In this document: positions 1 to 8,467 of the stretch, one piece after another | Numbering within the stretch: the first letter of the stretch is position 1 | How the letters are laid out: each line of letters opens with the position of its first letter | NCBI GenBank assembly: GCA_024226455.1 | Contig: JAAELR010000446.1 | Coordinates: 1-42,013, forward strand | Source of the DNA: Paracoccaceae bacterium | Lineage (GTDB): Bacteria > Pseudomonadota > Alphaproteobacteria > Rhodobacterales > Rhodobacteraceae | Length of the DNA: 42,013 nucleotides | Direction of reading: 5' to 3' | The notes under the pieces: generated by a model | Database searches by the model: none | What the model was told of the DNA's origin: nothing | Seen by the model: only the letters and a program-made list of their open reading frames with translations | Translations under genes and position numbers: made by a program

Positions 1-195
1 AAGCAGCGCGGACCTTCTTGCCGGAGACGGCTGGAAGAGACGGAAAAAGTGAAGCAGTTTCGGTCATGGCAGCAGGGCAGTTTTTGTCCGGAGGAAAGGG
101 AGGTTCACACAACCATTTCTTTACACTAAATCAAAGCATTATGCCACCGCCGTCAGCCGAATTGCGCGTGCCGGTGAATAATCCGGGATAGGGCA

Positions 196-256
196 GCGCC
201 CGCGCGCTTTGCGGAGCGCCCACCCACCCGCCCCGCTCCGCAAAGCGCGCGGGCGC
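196..256. repeat. Perfect 23-bp inverted repeat (GCGCCCGCGCGCTTTGCGGAGCG / CGCTCCGCAAAGCGCGCGGGCGC) around a 15-nt C-rich loop (CCACCCACCCGCCCC); very stable stem-loop about 160 bp upstream of the aldo/keto reductase gene
   Basis: Right arm (234..256) is the exact reverse complement of the left arm (196..218), read directly from the sequence. Confidence 0.6.
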
Positions 257-414
257 CGGCACCCCGGGCCGGTGTTTCGTGCATTGCCCGAGCGATGCGT
301 TGCCGCCAAGCGATTGCGGGCAGTCGCCGAACGGCCGGAACTGCGCGCAATGCTTGCTCATCGCCAGGAATTTCATCAACCTCTGACTGGCTACGCGGCA
401 GGTCAGGAGGATAG

Positions 415-1419
415 ATGGCGATGAAGATGCGGGAACTGGGTCAGGGCGGACCGCGGGTCCACCCGATCGGCATCGGCGCGATGAGTTTTTCGGATTTCTA
501 CGGACCCACCGACGAGGCCGCCAGCCACGCCATCCTCAAAGCGGCGGCAGAGGCCGGGATCACCCATATGGATACCGCCAATGTCTATGGCATGGGCGCG
601 TCCGAGGACGCCATCGGCAGCTTTGTGAAAGCCCGCCCCGGGATGCGCGATCATTTCACCATCGCCACCAAGGCGGCGATTGCCCGCGACGCCGGGGGCA
701 ACCGCTGTTTCGACAACTCCGCCGCGCATTTCGAGGCGGAACTGGACAAGTCCCTGCGGCGTATGGGTGTCGACTGCGTCGATCTTTTCTATGCCCACCG
801 CCGCGACCCCGGCATATCCATCGAAGAGGCGACCGGGAACCTTGCGGGGCTGGTGCAGAAGGGCAAGGCGAAATCCATCGGCTTTTCCGAGATCGCCCCC
901 AGCAGCCTGCGCCGGGCCCATGCGGTGCACCCCATCGCCGCGGTGCAGTCGGAATACTCGCTTTCGGCGCGCTACCCAGAGCTTGGCCTGGTGCAGACCT
1001 GCGCCGAGCTGGGGGTGACGCTGGTCGCCTTTTCACCGCTGGGCCGGTCGCTTTTGACCGACAACCCGCTGGGCTATGACGCGGTGCAGGCAACCGGATT
1101 TCTGGCGCCGAACCCGCGCTTCAACGAGCCCAACTATTCCGCCAACATCGCCGCTACCGAAGGCTTCCGGGGGTTGGCGGCGCATATGGGCGTGTCGGCG
1201 GCGGGGCTGGCGCTGGCCTGGGTGCTGGCGCAGGGCGAGCATGTGGTTGCAATTCCGGGTACCCGGTCGGTGGCGCATTTCAGGGAGTATCTGGATGCAC
1301 AGCGGATCGATCTGGGGCCGCAGGAACTGGCCGCGATCGACAGGGTTCTACCCGTGGGCTGGGCGCATGGAGACCGCTATTCGGAGGGGCAATGGGATGG
1401 ACCAGAGAAGTACTGCTGA
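415..1419 (+). CDS. Aldo/keto reductase family oxidoreductase
   Basis: 334-aa ORF. AGGAGG SD 6 nt upstream of ATG 415. AKR hallmarks present (GIGAMSFS..., ITHMDTANVYG, conserved catalytic region). Followed by a palindromic hairpin. Confidence 0.9.
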   Translation: MAMKMRELGQGGPRVHPIGIGAMSFSDFYGPTDEAASHAILKAAAEAGITHMDTANVYGMGASEDAIGSFVKARPGMRDHFTIATKAAIARDAGGNRCFDNSAAHFEAELDKSLRRMGVDCVDLFYAHRRDPGISIEEATGNLAGLVQKGKAKSIGFSEIAPSSLRRAHAVHPIAAVQSEYSLSARYPELGLVQTCAELGVTLVAFSPLGRSLLTDNPLGYDAVQATGFLAPNPRFNEPNYSANIAATEGFRGLAAHMGVSAAGLALAWVLAQGEHVVAIPGTRSVAHFREYLDAQRIDLGPQELAAIDRVLPVGWAHGDRYSEGQWDGPEKYC

Positions 1420-1423
1420 GCCG

Positions 1424-1441
1424 GTGTCCCCATGGGGACAT
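1424..1441. repeat. 18-nt palindromic element GTGTCCCCATGGGGACAT, copy 1, 5 nt after the AKR stop codon
   Basis: An identical 18-mer recurs at 21907..21924, also just after a stop codon (ychF). The core TGTCCCCATGGGGACA is a perfect 16-bp palindrome. Confidence 0.7.
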
Positions 1442-1510
1442 ATAGGTACTGCATTGTTTTTGCTGAAGATAGCGCTAATAGGCGCGGCTTTGTGCAGGGC
1501 ATTCCATAGT

Positions 1511-2302
1511 ATGATGCGGGTCGCGGCAGAGAGGTGGAACCCGGCCTTTCGCTCGCCGGGCGCAGTGCTGCCGCAGGCCGTCGCCGCGATCTGGGCGCTG
1601 TCTATGGCAACGCCGCTGGCGGCCCATCCGCCATATCTGGCGGACAGCGCGCTTTGCAGGCTGGCCGGGGACATCACCATCACCACTATCCATGGCGACG
1701 GGCTTTTTGGTCCGGACCCGGTGGCGCTGGTGGTGGTGGATGCGGGCGGACATGTGCTGGGCTATCACGATGTGGCGGTGTCATTCACGATGTTCCGCCG
1801 CCACTCTTGCGCCTTTGCAGATTGGCGGGGGCGGGTGCTGCTGGTCCCCGATCCGGCGCAATTCCGGCCCGGGCCGAAGATCGTTGGCGGCGATGCCGAG
1901 GCGTGGGAAAGCCGCTGGGCCTTTGAGCCGAATTTGCGTGCCGGGTCCCATGGGTTCGAGACGCAACCCCTGACCGGGCTGGTCTGGGTCGAGGCATTCA
2001 TGCGCTACATTCTGTGGCAGTGGCAGGACTATCTGGTGGTGCTGGTGACCGCGCTGGGGCTCGGCGGGGTGCTGGGCGGTTTTGCGCTCGGGTATCGGCG
2101 CCATGCGGGCTGGGTGATTCTGGGACAGGTCGTGCTGGCGCTGATCGGCGTGCCCGCAGGGTTGCTGGTATTTGTCGGTTTCGTTTTCGGTTCGGCCAGC
2201 CCGCTTGCCGTGGCCATGGTGGCAGGGCTTGGCCTGCTGATCGTGGCGTTGATAGTGATCCGTCTGCGCCTTGGCCTGCGTGCGCGGGGCGATCCGGGAT
2301 AG
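1511..2302 (+). CDS. Hypothetical membrane protein: N-terminal soluble/periplasmic part, three C-terminal hydrophobic helices
   Basis: Tail of the 1076..2302 ORF after the AKR stop. First in-frame ATG after the overlap is at 1511. C-terminal Gly/Leu/Val-rich TM segments. No family recognised. Confidence 0.4.
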   Translation: MMRVAAERWNPAFRSPGAVLPQAVAAIWALSMATPLAAHPPYLADSALCRLAGDITITTIHGDGLFGPDPVALVVVDAGGHVLGYHDVAVSFTMFRRHSCAFADWRGRVLLVPDPAQFRPGPKIVGGDAEAWESRWAFEPNLRAGSHGFETQPLTGLVWVEAFMRYILWQWQDYLVVLVTALGLGGVLGGFALGYRRHAGWVILGQVVLALIGVPAGLLVFVGFVFGSASPLAVAMVAGLGLLIVALIVIRLRLGLRARGDPG

Positions 2303-2630
2303 GCGAATAATGCCTGTTTGTCCTGGTCGGTGCCCGGGCGTTGGCGCCGGACACGGCGGCGCATTGCCATTGGTCTATGGCCTCTATGATGCCGGTTCGC
2401 ACCACGGCGCGCGGACGGGCTTGCCTTTCGGGCAACGGCCACGTATATCCGCGCGCGTCGATAAGGCGGAAACCGCCGCGAAATTGAGAGTGAGCAGGGC
2501 CGGACCACCGGCCCTCTTTGTTTTGCGGATCCGCTGACCAACGAAACCCGTCCCGCCAAAGGCGGGCAGCAAACCCCAGACCGGCGGAGACAACCGCTCG
2601 GCCAGAAAACGTCAAAAGGAACTGAAACAC

Positions 2631-4313
2631 TTGGCTAACGCAACCATGGAGGAATTCGAAGCCCTCCTCGCTGAAAGCTTCGAGATCGACACGCCCGCCG
2701 AAGGGTCTGTTGTCAAAGGCAAGGTCATCGCGATTGAAGCGGGACAGGCCATCATCGACGTAGGCTACAAGATGGAAGGCCGTGTCGAACTGAAAGAATT
2801 CGCAGAACCGGGCGAGACGCCCAAGGTCGAGGTCGGCGACGAGGTCGAGGTTTACCTGGACCGGGTCGAAAACGCCCGTGGCGAGGCCTCTATCAGCCGA
2901 GACAAGGCACGTCGCGAGGCAGCCTGGGACCGTCTGGAAAAGGCCTATGCCGACGAGAACCGCGTCGAGGGCGCGATCTTTGGCCGGGTCAAGGGTGGCT
3001 TTACCGTCGATCTGGGCGGCGCCGTGGCGTTCCTGCCCGGCTCTCAGGTCGATGTGCGCCCGGTGCGCGACGCCGGCCCGCTGATGGGGCTCAAGCAGCC
3101 GTTCCAGATCTTGAAGATGGACCGCCGCCGCGGCAACATCGTGGTCTCGCGCCGCGCCATCCTGGAAGAAAGCCGCGCCGAGCAGCGCGCCGAGGTCATC
3201 GGCAAGCTGCGTGAGGGCGATGCGGTTGACGGCGTGGTCAAGAACATCACCGAATACGGCGCATTCGTCGATCTCGGCGGTGTCGACGGCCTGCTGCACG
3301 TCACCGACATGGCCTGGCGCCGGGTCAACCACCCGTCCGAGATCCTGTCGATCGGCGAGACCGTCAAGGTTCAGGTCATCAGGATCAACAAGGAAACCCA
3401 CCGCATCAGCCTGGGCATCAAGCAGCTGCAGGACGATCCGTGGGATGCGGTGACCGGCAAGTACCCGCTGGATACCACCCATACCGGCCGCGTCACCAAC
3501 ATCACCGACTACGGTGCGTTCGTGGAACTGGAGCCGGGCGTCGAAGGTCTGGTGCACGTTTCCGAGATGTCCTGGACCAAGAAGAACGTGCATCCCGGCA
3601 AGATCGTTTCGACCAGCCAGGAAGTCGAGATCATGGTGCTGGAGATCGACACCACCAAGCGCCGCGTGTCGCTGGGTCTGAAGCAGACCATGCGCAACCC
3701 CTGGGAAGTGTTCGCCGAGCAGTACCCGTCGGGCACCGAGGTCGAGGGCGAGGTCAAGAACATCACCGAGTTCGGTCTGTTCGTGGGTCTCGACAACGAC
3801 ATCGACGGCATGGTCCACCTTTCGGACCTTTCCTGGGACCAGCGTGGCGAAGAGGCGATCCAGAACTACCGTAAAGGCGATGTGGTCCGCGCCGTGGTCA
3901 CCGAGGTCGATACCGACAAGGAACGCATCAGCCTGTCGATCAAGGCGATTGGCGGCGATCCGTTCGCCGACGCCGTGGACGGGGTCAAGCGCGGCTCGAT
4001 CATCACCGTGGCGGTGACCGCGATCGAGGATGGCGGCGTCGAGGTGGAATACGAGGGCATGAAATCCTTCATCCGCCGCAGCGACCTGTCGCGCGACCGT
4101 GCCGAACAGCGCCCCGAGCGCTTTCAGGTCGGTAACAAGGTCGATGTGCGCGTCACCAATGTTGACAGCCGGACCCGTCGTCTGGGCCTTTCCATCAAGG
4201 CCCGCGAGATCGCCGAAGAGAAGGAAGCGGTCGAGCAGTATGGTTCGTCCGACTCCGGAGCCTCGCTGGGCGATATCCTGGGCGCGGCGCTGAAGGGCGG
4301 CGACGACAGCTGA
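2631..4313 (+). CDS. rpsA: 30S ribosomal protein S1
   Basis: 560-aa ORF with repeated S1 domains (KGKVIAIEAGQAIIDVGYK..., DGVVKNITEYGAFVDLGGVDGLLHV etc.). AAGGA SD 10 nt before TTG 2631; an internal ATG at 2646 is an alternative start. Confidence 0.95.
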   Translation: MANATMEEFEALLAESFEIDTPAEGSVVKGKVIAIEAGQAIIDVGYKMEGRVELKEFAEPGETPKVEVGDEVEVYLDRVENARGEASISRDKARREAAWDRLEKAYADENRVEGAIFGRVKGGFTVDLGGAVAFLPGSQVDVRPVRDAGPLMGLKQPFQILKMDRRRGNIVVSRRAILEESRAEQRAEVIGKLREGDAVDGVVKNITEYGAFVDLGGVDGLLHVTDMAWRRVNHPSEILSIGETVKVQVIRINKETHRISLGIKQLQDDPWDAVTGKYPLDTTHTGRVTNITDYGAFVELEPGVEGLVHVSEMSWTKKNVHPGKIVSTSQEVEIMVLEIDTTKRRVSLGLKQTMRNPWEVFAEQYPSGTEVEGEVKNITEFGLFVGLDNDIDGMVHLSDLSWDQRGEEAIQNYRKGDVVRAVVTEVDTDKERISLSIKAIGGDPFADAVDGVKRGSIITVAVTAIEDGGVEVEYEGMKSFIRRSDLSRDRAEQRPERFQVGNKVDVRVTNVDSRTRRLGLSIKAREIAEEKEAVEQYGSSDSGASLGDILGAALKGGDDS

Positions 4314-4338
4314 TCGTCAAGGCACAGCCCCAAGATGA

Positions 4339-4370
4339 TAGGCCCCGCTTCGGCGGGGCCGATTCTTTTT
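4339..4370 (+). terminator. Rho-independent terminator after rpsA
   Basis: GC hairpin AGGCCCCGCTTCGGCGGGGCC followed by ATTCTTTTT. Confidence 0.8.
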
Positions 4371-4603
4371 CACCCCTCGAATCGGATGGCGCAGTCAAAC
4401 TGCAACCCCAGGATTTGCCCCGGGAACGGCGCAACGGTGCCCTGTTGTCTTCGCTGATGCCCGACAAACCCGCCAAAACCCTGAAATAATGACCGAATCC
4501 GCAAGGCTTTCTGTTTTGTGCTTGGCTTTTTGGTTCTATACTTGGTGCAGCTAAAGGGTCGGCTTTGACCGGGCTCGCGACGTGCAAACAGGGGGAAGAC
4601 ATC

Positions 4604-4885
4604 ATGATCCGCTCGGAACTGATCCAGAAGATCGCCGACGAGAACCCGCATCTGTTTCAGCGGGATGTTGAGCGGATCGTGAACACGATCTTCGAAGAGG
4701 TCATCGAGGCGATGGCCCGGGGTGATCGGGTTGAATTGCGCGGTTTTGGCGCGTTTTCAGTCAAACAGCGCGATGCGAGGGTCGGGCGCAACCCGCGCAC
4801 CGGCGAATCCGTGCAGGTCGAGGAAAAGCACGTGCCTTTCTTCAAGACCGGCAAGCTGTTGCGGGACCGTCTGAACGGCAACTGA
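4604..4885 (+). CDS. ihfB: Integration host factor subunit beta
   Basis: [11 protein letters not shown]...[29 protein letters not shown]... is canonical IHF-beta/HU fold. GGGGGAAG SD before ATG 4604. Conserved rpsA–ihfB synteny. Confidence 0.9.
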   Translation: MIRSELIQKIADENPHLFQRDVERIVNTIFEEVIEAMARGDRVELRGFGAFSVKQRDARVGRNPRTGESVQVEEKHVPFFKTGKLLRDRLNGN

Positions 4886-4900
4886 CACGAAGGCATTTAG

Positions 4901-5266
4901 ATGCGCTATATCCGTTACGGTATTCTGGCCGTGATCGGCGCCCTGCTGATCACGGTGGCGCTGGCCAATCGCGGGCCGGTAACGCTGCAACTGCTGCCCG
5001 GGGGGCTGGCGGAACTGCTGCGGTTCCCGGCGGCGCTGAACTCTGTGACGTTGCCGCTTTTCCTGGTGATCTTCGCGGGCATCGTGGCCGGGGTCCTGCT
5101 GGGCTTTGTCTGGGAATGGCTGCGCGAGCACAAGCACCGCGCCGAGGCGGCTCGCGGTCGGCGCGAGACGGAACGTCTGGGTCGCGAGGTGTCGAAGATG
5201 CGGACCGACAAGGCCGAAGGCGACGAGGTGCTGGCGCTGCTTGAGGAAGCCGGACCGACGCGGTAG
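4901..5266 (+). CDS. LapA-like (DUF1049) small inner-membrane protein
   Basis: Two TM helices flanking a [11 protein letters not shown] motif, then a basic tail. The position downstream of ihfB matches the conserved alphaproteobacterial arrangement. Confidence 0.65.
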   Translation: MRYIRYGILAVIGALLITVALANRGPVTLQLLPGGLAELLRFPAALNSVTLPLFLVIFAGIVAGVLLGFVWEWLREHKHRAEAARGRRETERLGREVSKMRTDKAEGDEVLALLEEAGPTR

Positions 5267-5276
5267 GCGGCGGGTG

Positions 5277-5915
5277 ATGAGCGAAATCCGGGTCAAGATC
5301 TGCGGGCTGACGACGTCCGCCAGCGTCGCCGCCGCCGCGGCGGCGGGTGCGGTCTATGCGGGGTTCGTGTTCTTTGCCAAATCACCACGGCATCTGCAGG
5401 TGGCGCGCGCGGCAGGGTTGGCCGCATCGGTGCCGCCGGGCCTGTGCAAGGTAGCTCTGACCGTCAATGCCGATGATGCGACGCTTGACCGGATCCTCGG
5501 TGCGGTGCCCATCGACATGCTGCAGCTTCACGGGCACGAAAGCCCGGACAGGGTGGGCGCGCTGCGCGACCGCTTCGGCCTGCCGGTGATGAAGGCGGTG
5601 GGTGTCGCGGGCGAGGCCGATCTGCCGGCGCTGGTGGAATACGGGCGCGTCGCCGACCAGTTGCTGGTCGATGCCAAGCCGCCGAAGGGGGCAGAACTGC
5701 CGGGCGGCAACGGGCTGGCCTTTGACTGGCGGCTGATTGCCGGGCGGCGCTGGCCGGTGCCCTGGATGCTGGCGGGCGGGCTGACGCCCCGAAACGTGGC
5801 CGAGGCGGTGCGCCTGACCGGGGCGCGGCAGGTCGATGTCAGTTCCGGGGTCGAGAGAGCGCCGGGGGTCAAGGACCCGGGCCTGATCCGGGGGTTTCTG
5901 GACGCCTGCAAATGA
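5277..5915 (+). CDS. trpF: N-(5'-phosphoribosyl)anthranilate isomerase
   Basis: [13 protein letters not shown]..., LQLHGHES..., VDVSSGVE... are TrpF motifs. The longer upstream ORF start (5106) overlaps lapA and is rejected. Confidence 0.9.
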   Translation: MSEIRVKICGLTTSASVAAAAAAGAVYAGFVFFAKSPRHLQVARAAGLAASVPPGLCKVALTVNADDATLDRILGAVPIDMLQLHGHESPDRVGALRDRFGLPVMKAVGVAGEADLPALVEYGRVADQLLVDAKPPKGAELPGGNGLAFDWRLIAGRRWPVPWMLAGGLTPRNVAEAVRLTGARQVDVSSGVERAPGVKDPGLIRGFLDACK

Positions 5916-6364
5916 CCGTGCGGTTTCGCAAAGCGACACGCGCGGACATTCCCGCAATTCTGGCCCTGTTGCGCGACGACGTGCTGGGGGCGGCGCGAGA
6001 GAACCGACCGCCCGGCGACTATCTTGCCGCCTTCGACAGGATGCAGCAGGAGGCCGCCAATTGGGTCATCCTCGGCCAGGAGGATGACGGCAGCATTGTC
6101 GCCACTTATCAGCTGACCTTTGTCTCGGGCCTCTCGCTTGGCGCGACGCGGCGGGCCCAGATCGAAAGCGTGCGCGTCTCCGGCACCCGGCGCGGCCAGC
6201 GTATTGGCGAGGCGATGATTGCCGATGCCGAGGCCCGGGCCCGCGACGCCGGTTGCACCTTGCTGCAATTGACCATGAACGCAGCCCGTGACGATGCGCG
6301 CCGTTTCTACGAACGTGCCGGCTTTACCGCCAGCCATATAGGCTTTAAACGCGATCTGACCTGA
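5912..6364 (+). CDS. GNAT family N-acetyltransferase
   Basis: 150 aa. Acetyl-CoA-binding motif ([22 protein letters not shown]) and a C-terminal ...FYERAGF... segment. Start overlaps the trpF stop (ATGA). Confidence 0.8.
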   Translation: MTVRFRKATRADIPAILALLRDDVLGAARENRPPGDYLAAFDRMQQEAANWVILGQEDDGSIVATYQLTFVSGLSLGATRRAQIESVRVSGTRRGQRIGEAMIADAEARARDAGCTLLQLTMNAARDDARRFYERAGFTASHIGFKRDLT

Positions 6365-6380
6365 GCGGAGGGCAAGCGAC

Positions 6381-7628
6381 ATGGCCGAAGATCTGATCAA
6401 CAGCTTCCTGTCCGGACCGGACGAAAACGGACGGTTCGGCAAGTTCGGCGGGCGCTTCGTTTCCGAGACGCTGATGCCGCTGATCCTCGATCTGGAAGCG
6501 GAATTCGAGAAAGCCAAGACCGACCAGAGCTTCTGGGATGAGATGGACTATCTTTGGAAGCACTACGTGGGCCGCCCCAGCCCGCTCTACTTTGCCGAGC
6601 GCCTGACCGAACGGCTTGGCGGTGCCAGGGTCTATTTCAAGCGCGATGAGTTGAACCACACCGGTGCGCACAAGATCAACAACGTGCTGGGCCAGATCAT
6701 CCTGGCTCGCCGCATGGGCAAATCCCGCATCATCGCCGAGACCGGTGCCGGCCAGCACGGCGTCGCCACCGCCACGGTCTGCGCCAAGTTCGGGCTGAAA
6801 TGCATCGTCTATATGGGCGCCCATGACGTGCGGCGCCAGGCGCCGAACGTGTTCCGCATGCGGCTGTTGGGCGCCGAGGTGATCCCGGTCACTTCCGGTC
6901 GCGGCACGCTGAAGGATGCGATGAACGACGCGCTGCGCGACTGGGTCACCAATGTGCGCGACACGTTCTATTGCATCGGCACGGTGGCAGGCCCGCATCC
7001 CTATCCGGCCATGGTGCGCGACTTTCAGTCGATCATCGGCAAGGAAGCCAAACAGCAGATGGCCGAGGCCGAGGGCCGCCTGCCCGATACCGTCATCGCC
7101 GCCATCGGCGGTGGCAGCAACGCCATGGGCCTGTTCTATCCCTTCCTCGACGACAAGTCCGTCAGGGTCATCGGTGTGGAAGCCGGCGGCAAGGGCGTCG
7201 ACGACCGCATGGAGCATTGTGCCAGCCTGACCGGCGGCCGTCCCGGTGTGCTGCACGGCAACCGCACCTATCTGCTGCAGGACGATGACGGCCAGATCCT
7301 GGAAGGTTTCTCGATCAGCGCCGGGCTCGACTATCCCGGTATCGGGCCAGAGCATTCCTGGCTGCATGAAACTGGCCGGGCCGAGTATGTCTCAATCACC
7401 GACGTCGAAGCGCTGGAGGCGTTCCAGCTTTGTTGCGAGACCGAGGGCATCATCCCGGCGCTGGAGCCGAGCCATGCCCTGGCCCATGTGATGAAGATCG
7501 CCCCCTGCCTGCCCGCCGACCACATCATCTGCATGAACATGTGCGGTCGCGGTGACAAGGACGTGCAGACCGTCGCCAAGCATCTGGGCTTTGACATGAG
7601 CGACACCGAAGGCCGCGACGCAGGGTGA
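6381..7628 (+). CDS. trpB: Tryptophan synthase beta chain
   Basis: 415 aa. [13 protein letters not shown]..., HTGAHKINN (PLP lysine region) and GGGSNAMG motifs. Confidence 0.95.
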   Translation: MAEDLINSFLSGPDENGRFGKFGGRFVSETLMPLILDLEAEFEKAKTDQSFWDEMDYLWKHYVGRPSPLYFAERLTERLGGARVYFKRDELNHTGAHKINNVLGQIILARRMGKSRIIAETGAGQHGVATATVCAKFGLKCIVYMGAHDVRRQAPNVFRMRLLGAEVIPVTSGRGTLKDAMNDALRDWVTNVRDTFYCIGTVAGPHPYPAMVRDFQSIIGKEAKQQMAEAEGRLPDTVIAAIGGGSNAMGLFYPFLDDKSVRVIGVEAGGKGVDDRMEHCASLTGGRPGVLHGNRTYLLQDDDGQILEGFSISAGLDYPGIGPEHSWLHETGRAEYVSITDVEALEAFQLCCETEGIIPALEPSHALAHVMKIAPCLPADHIICMNMCGRGDKDVQTVAKHLGFDMSDTEGRDAG

Positions 7629-7640
7629 AACAACCGAAAA

Positions 7641-7658
7641 CCCCAAATCGCTTTGGGG
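7641..7658. terminator. Terminator-like hairpin CCCCAAA-TCGC-TTTGGGG downstream of trpB
   Basis: Perfect 7-bp stem 12 nt after the trpB stop. The U-rich tract is on the opposite strand only, so function on the + strand is uncertain. Confidence 0.4.
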
Positions 7659-7904
7659 ACGGTTCGGAGCGGGCGCTTGGCCGGTCGCCATTTTCATTTA
7701 TTGCGCAACTGCGCAATTTTGTTGCGTGAGCGTCACAGCGGCAGTTGGACCGGAAATCAAGGTTTGAGCGAATCCCATCCGATACCCTATGCATGGCGTC
7801 CCGAGCCTGTTGGATCGGACCCTAGCGGGCAGGGGTGATCACCCTCCCTGTGCGGACGGGCACTGCCCGTTGCCGTATGCCAGGGCCGTGACGGGGGTTT
7901 GGGC

Positions 7905-7980
7905 GCGATCATGTAGCTCATCGGTAGAGCATCAGATATTTAATCTGACTGTAGCGGGTTCGAGTCCCGCCATGGATCGC
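7905..7980 (+). ncRNA. tRNA-like element or tRNA pseudogene: canonical D-arm and T-arm, noncanonical anticodon loop UAUUUAA (A at position 33) and imperfect acceptor stem; overlaps the next tRNA by 2 nt
   Basis: D-arm TAGCTCATCGGTAGAGC and T-arm GCGGGTTCGAGTCCCGC are textbook. Anticodon stem TCAGA/TCTGA is perfect, but the loop TATTTAA is AT-rich with A33. Acceptor pairing needs either 2 mismatches (GATCATG/CATGGAT) or a 9-bp stem with a 1-nt bulge (GCGATCATG/CATG-G-ATCGC). No encoded CCA. Confidence 0.35.
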
Positions 7981-8065
7981 AAATGAGGCGAAACTGGTTG
8001 ACGCGCATCGTTCAGGGCGATGTGACCGAAAGGTCATACGGGTTCGAATCCCGTCATTTGCTCCA
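7979..8065 (+). tRNA. tRNA-Leu (anticodon CAG), class II with long variable arm and encoded CCA
   Basis: Acceptor GCAAATG/CATTTGC (7 bp perfect). D-arm GCG-AAACTGGTTGA-CGC. Anticodon stem CATCG/CGATG with loop TTCAGGG (CAG, U33, G37). Variable arm GACC-GAAA-GGTC. T-arm ACGGG-TTCGAAT-CCCGT. Discriminator T + CCA. Confidence 0.8.
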
Positions 8066-8423
8066 CGCCCGAAAGGGCGCCGGCCTGTCACGCCGGACCG
8101 TTCTAAAAGCGGTTCAACATATCGGGGTCCGGGATTGTCCTCGCGGGGGCGGTCCCAGCCAACGCGGCCTTCGGTTGGCAGAGGAGGGGCTTGCTTTCGC
8201 TCTGGCCGGAGACAGGATGACGGCCAGGCGCCAAGTGGCCGGGCAGGTGGGTTCAGCCCGCCGCCCCGCCGGGTGGTCCCTTAGGCCCGCTCGCCTGCCT
8301 TCCGCTTCGGGACATGGCAGAGGGCGGTTCCGGGCCTTACAGATTTCTGCCTGTTGGCAATGGTGCCCATAGCTCACACCTGACATGCGTTACCGCATGC
8401 AACTCACTGCAAACCAAAGGGGA

Positions 8424-8436
8424 TCGCAAATTGCGA
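8424..8436. promoter_or_regulatory. Perfect palindrome TCGCAAATTGCGA about 32 bp upstream of the SPFH gene start; candidate operator
   Basis: Read directly. Lies between the putative promoter region and the strong AAAGGAGAG SD. Confidence 0.3.
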
Positions 8437-8467
8437 CGACGATAGGACGACACGAAAGGAGAGACCA

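Noticed and set aside
1-67. Possible minus-strand gene start (MTETASLFPSLPAVSGKKVRAA...) running off the left edge
   Set aside because: Only about 22 codons visible and no SD. Cannot be supported.
1998-3818. 606-aa ORF antisense to rpsA
   Set aside because: Runs entirely opposite a highly conserved ribosomal protein gene. Pro/Arg/Ala-rich low-complexity translation typical of GC-rich antisense frames.
5106-5276. N-terminal extension of the trpF ORF (start at 5106)
   Set aside because: Would overlap lapA in another frame. The conserved TrpF N-terminus begins at [10 protein letters not shown] (5277).
7789-8372. ORFs 7789..7986 and 7983..8372 spanning the tRNA region
   Set aside because: They read through tRNA structures. 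Not coding.
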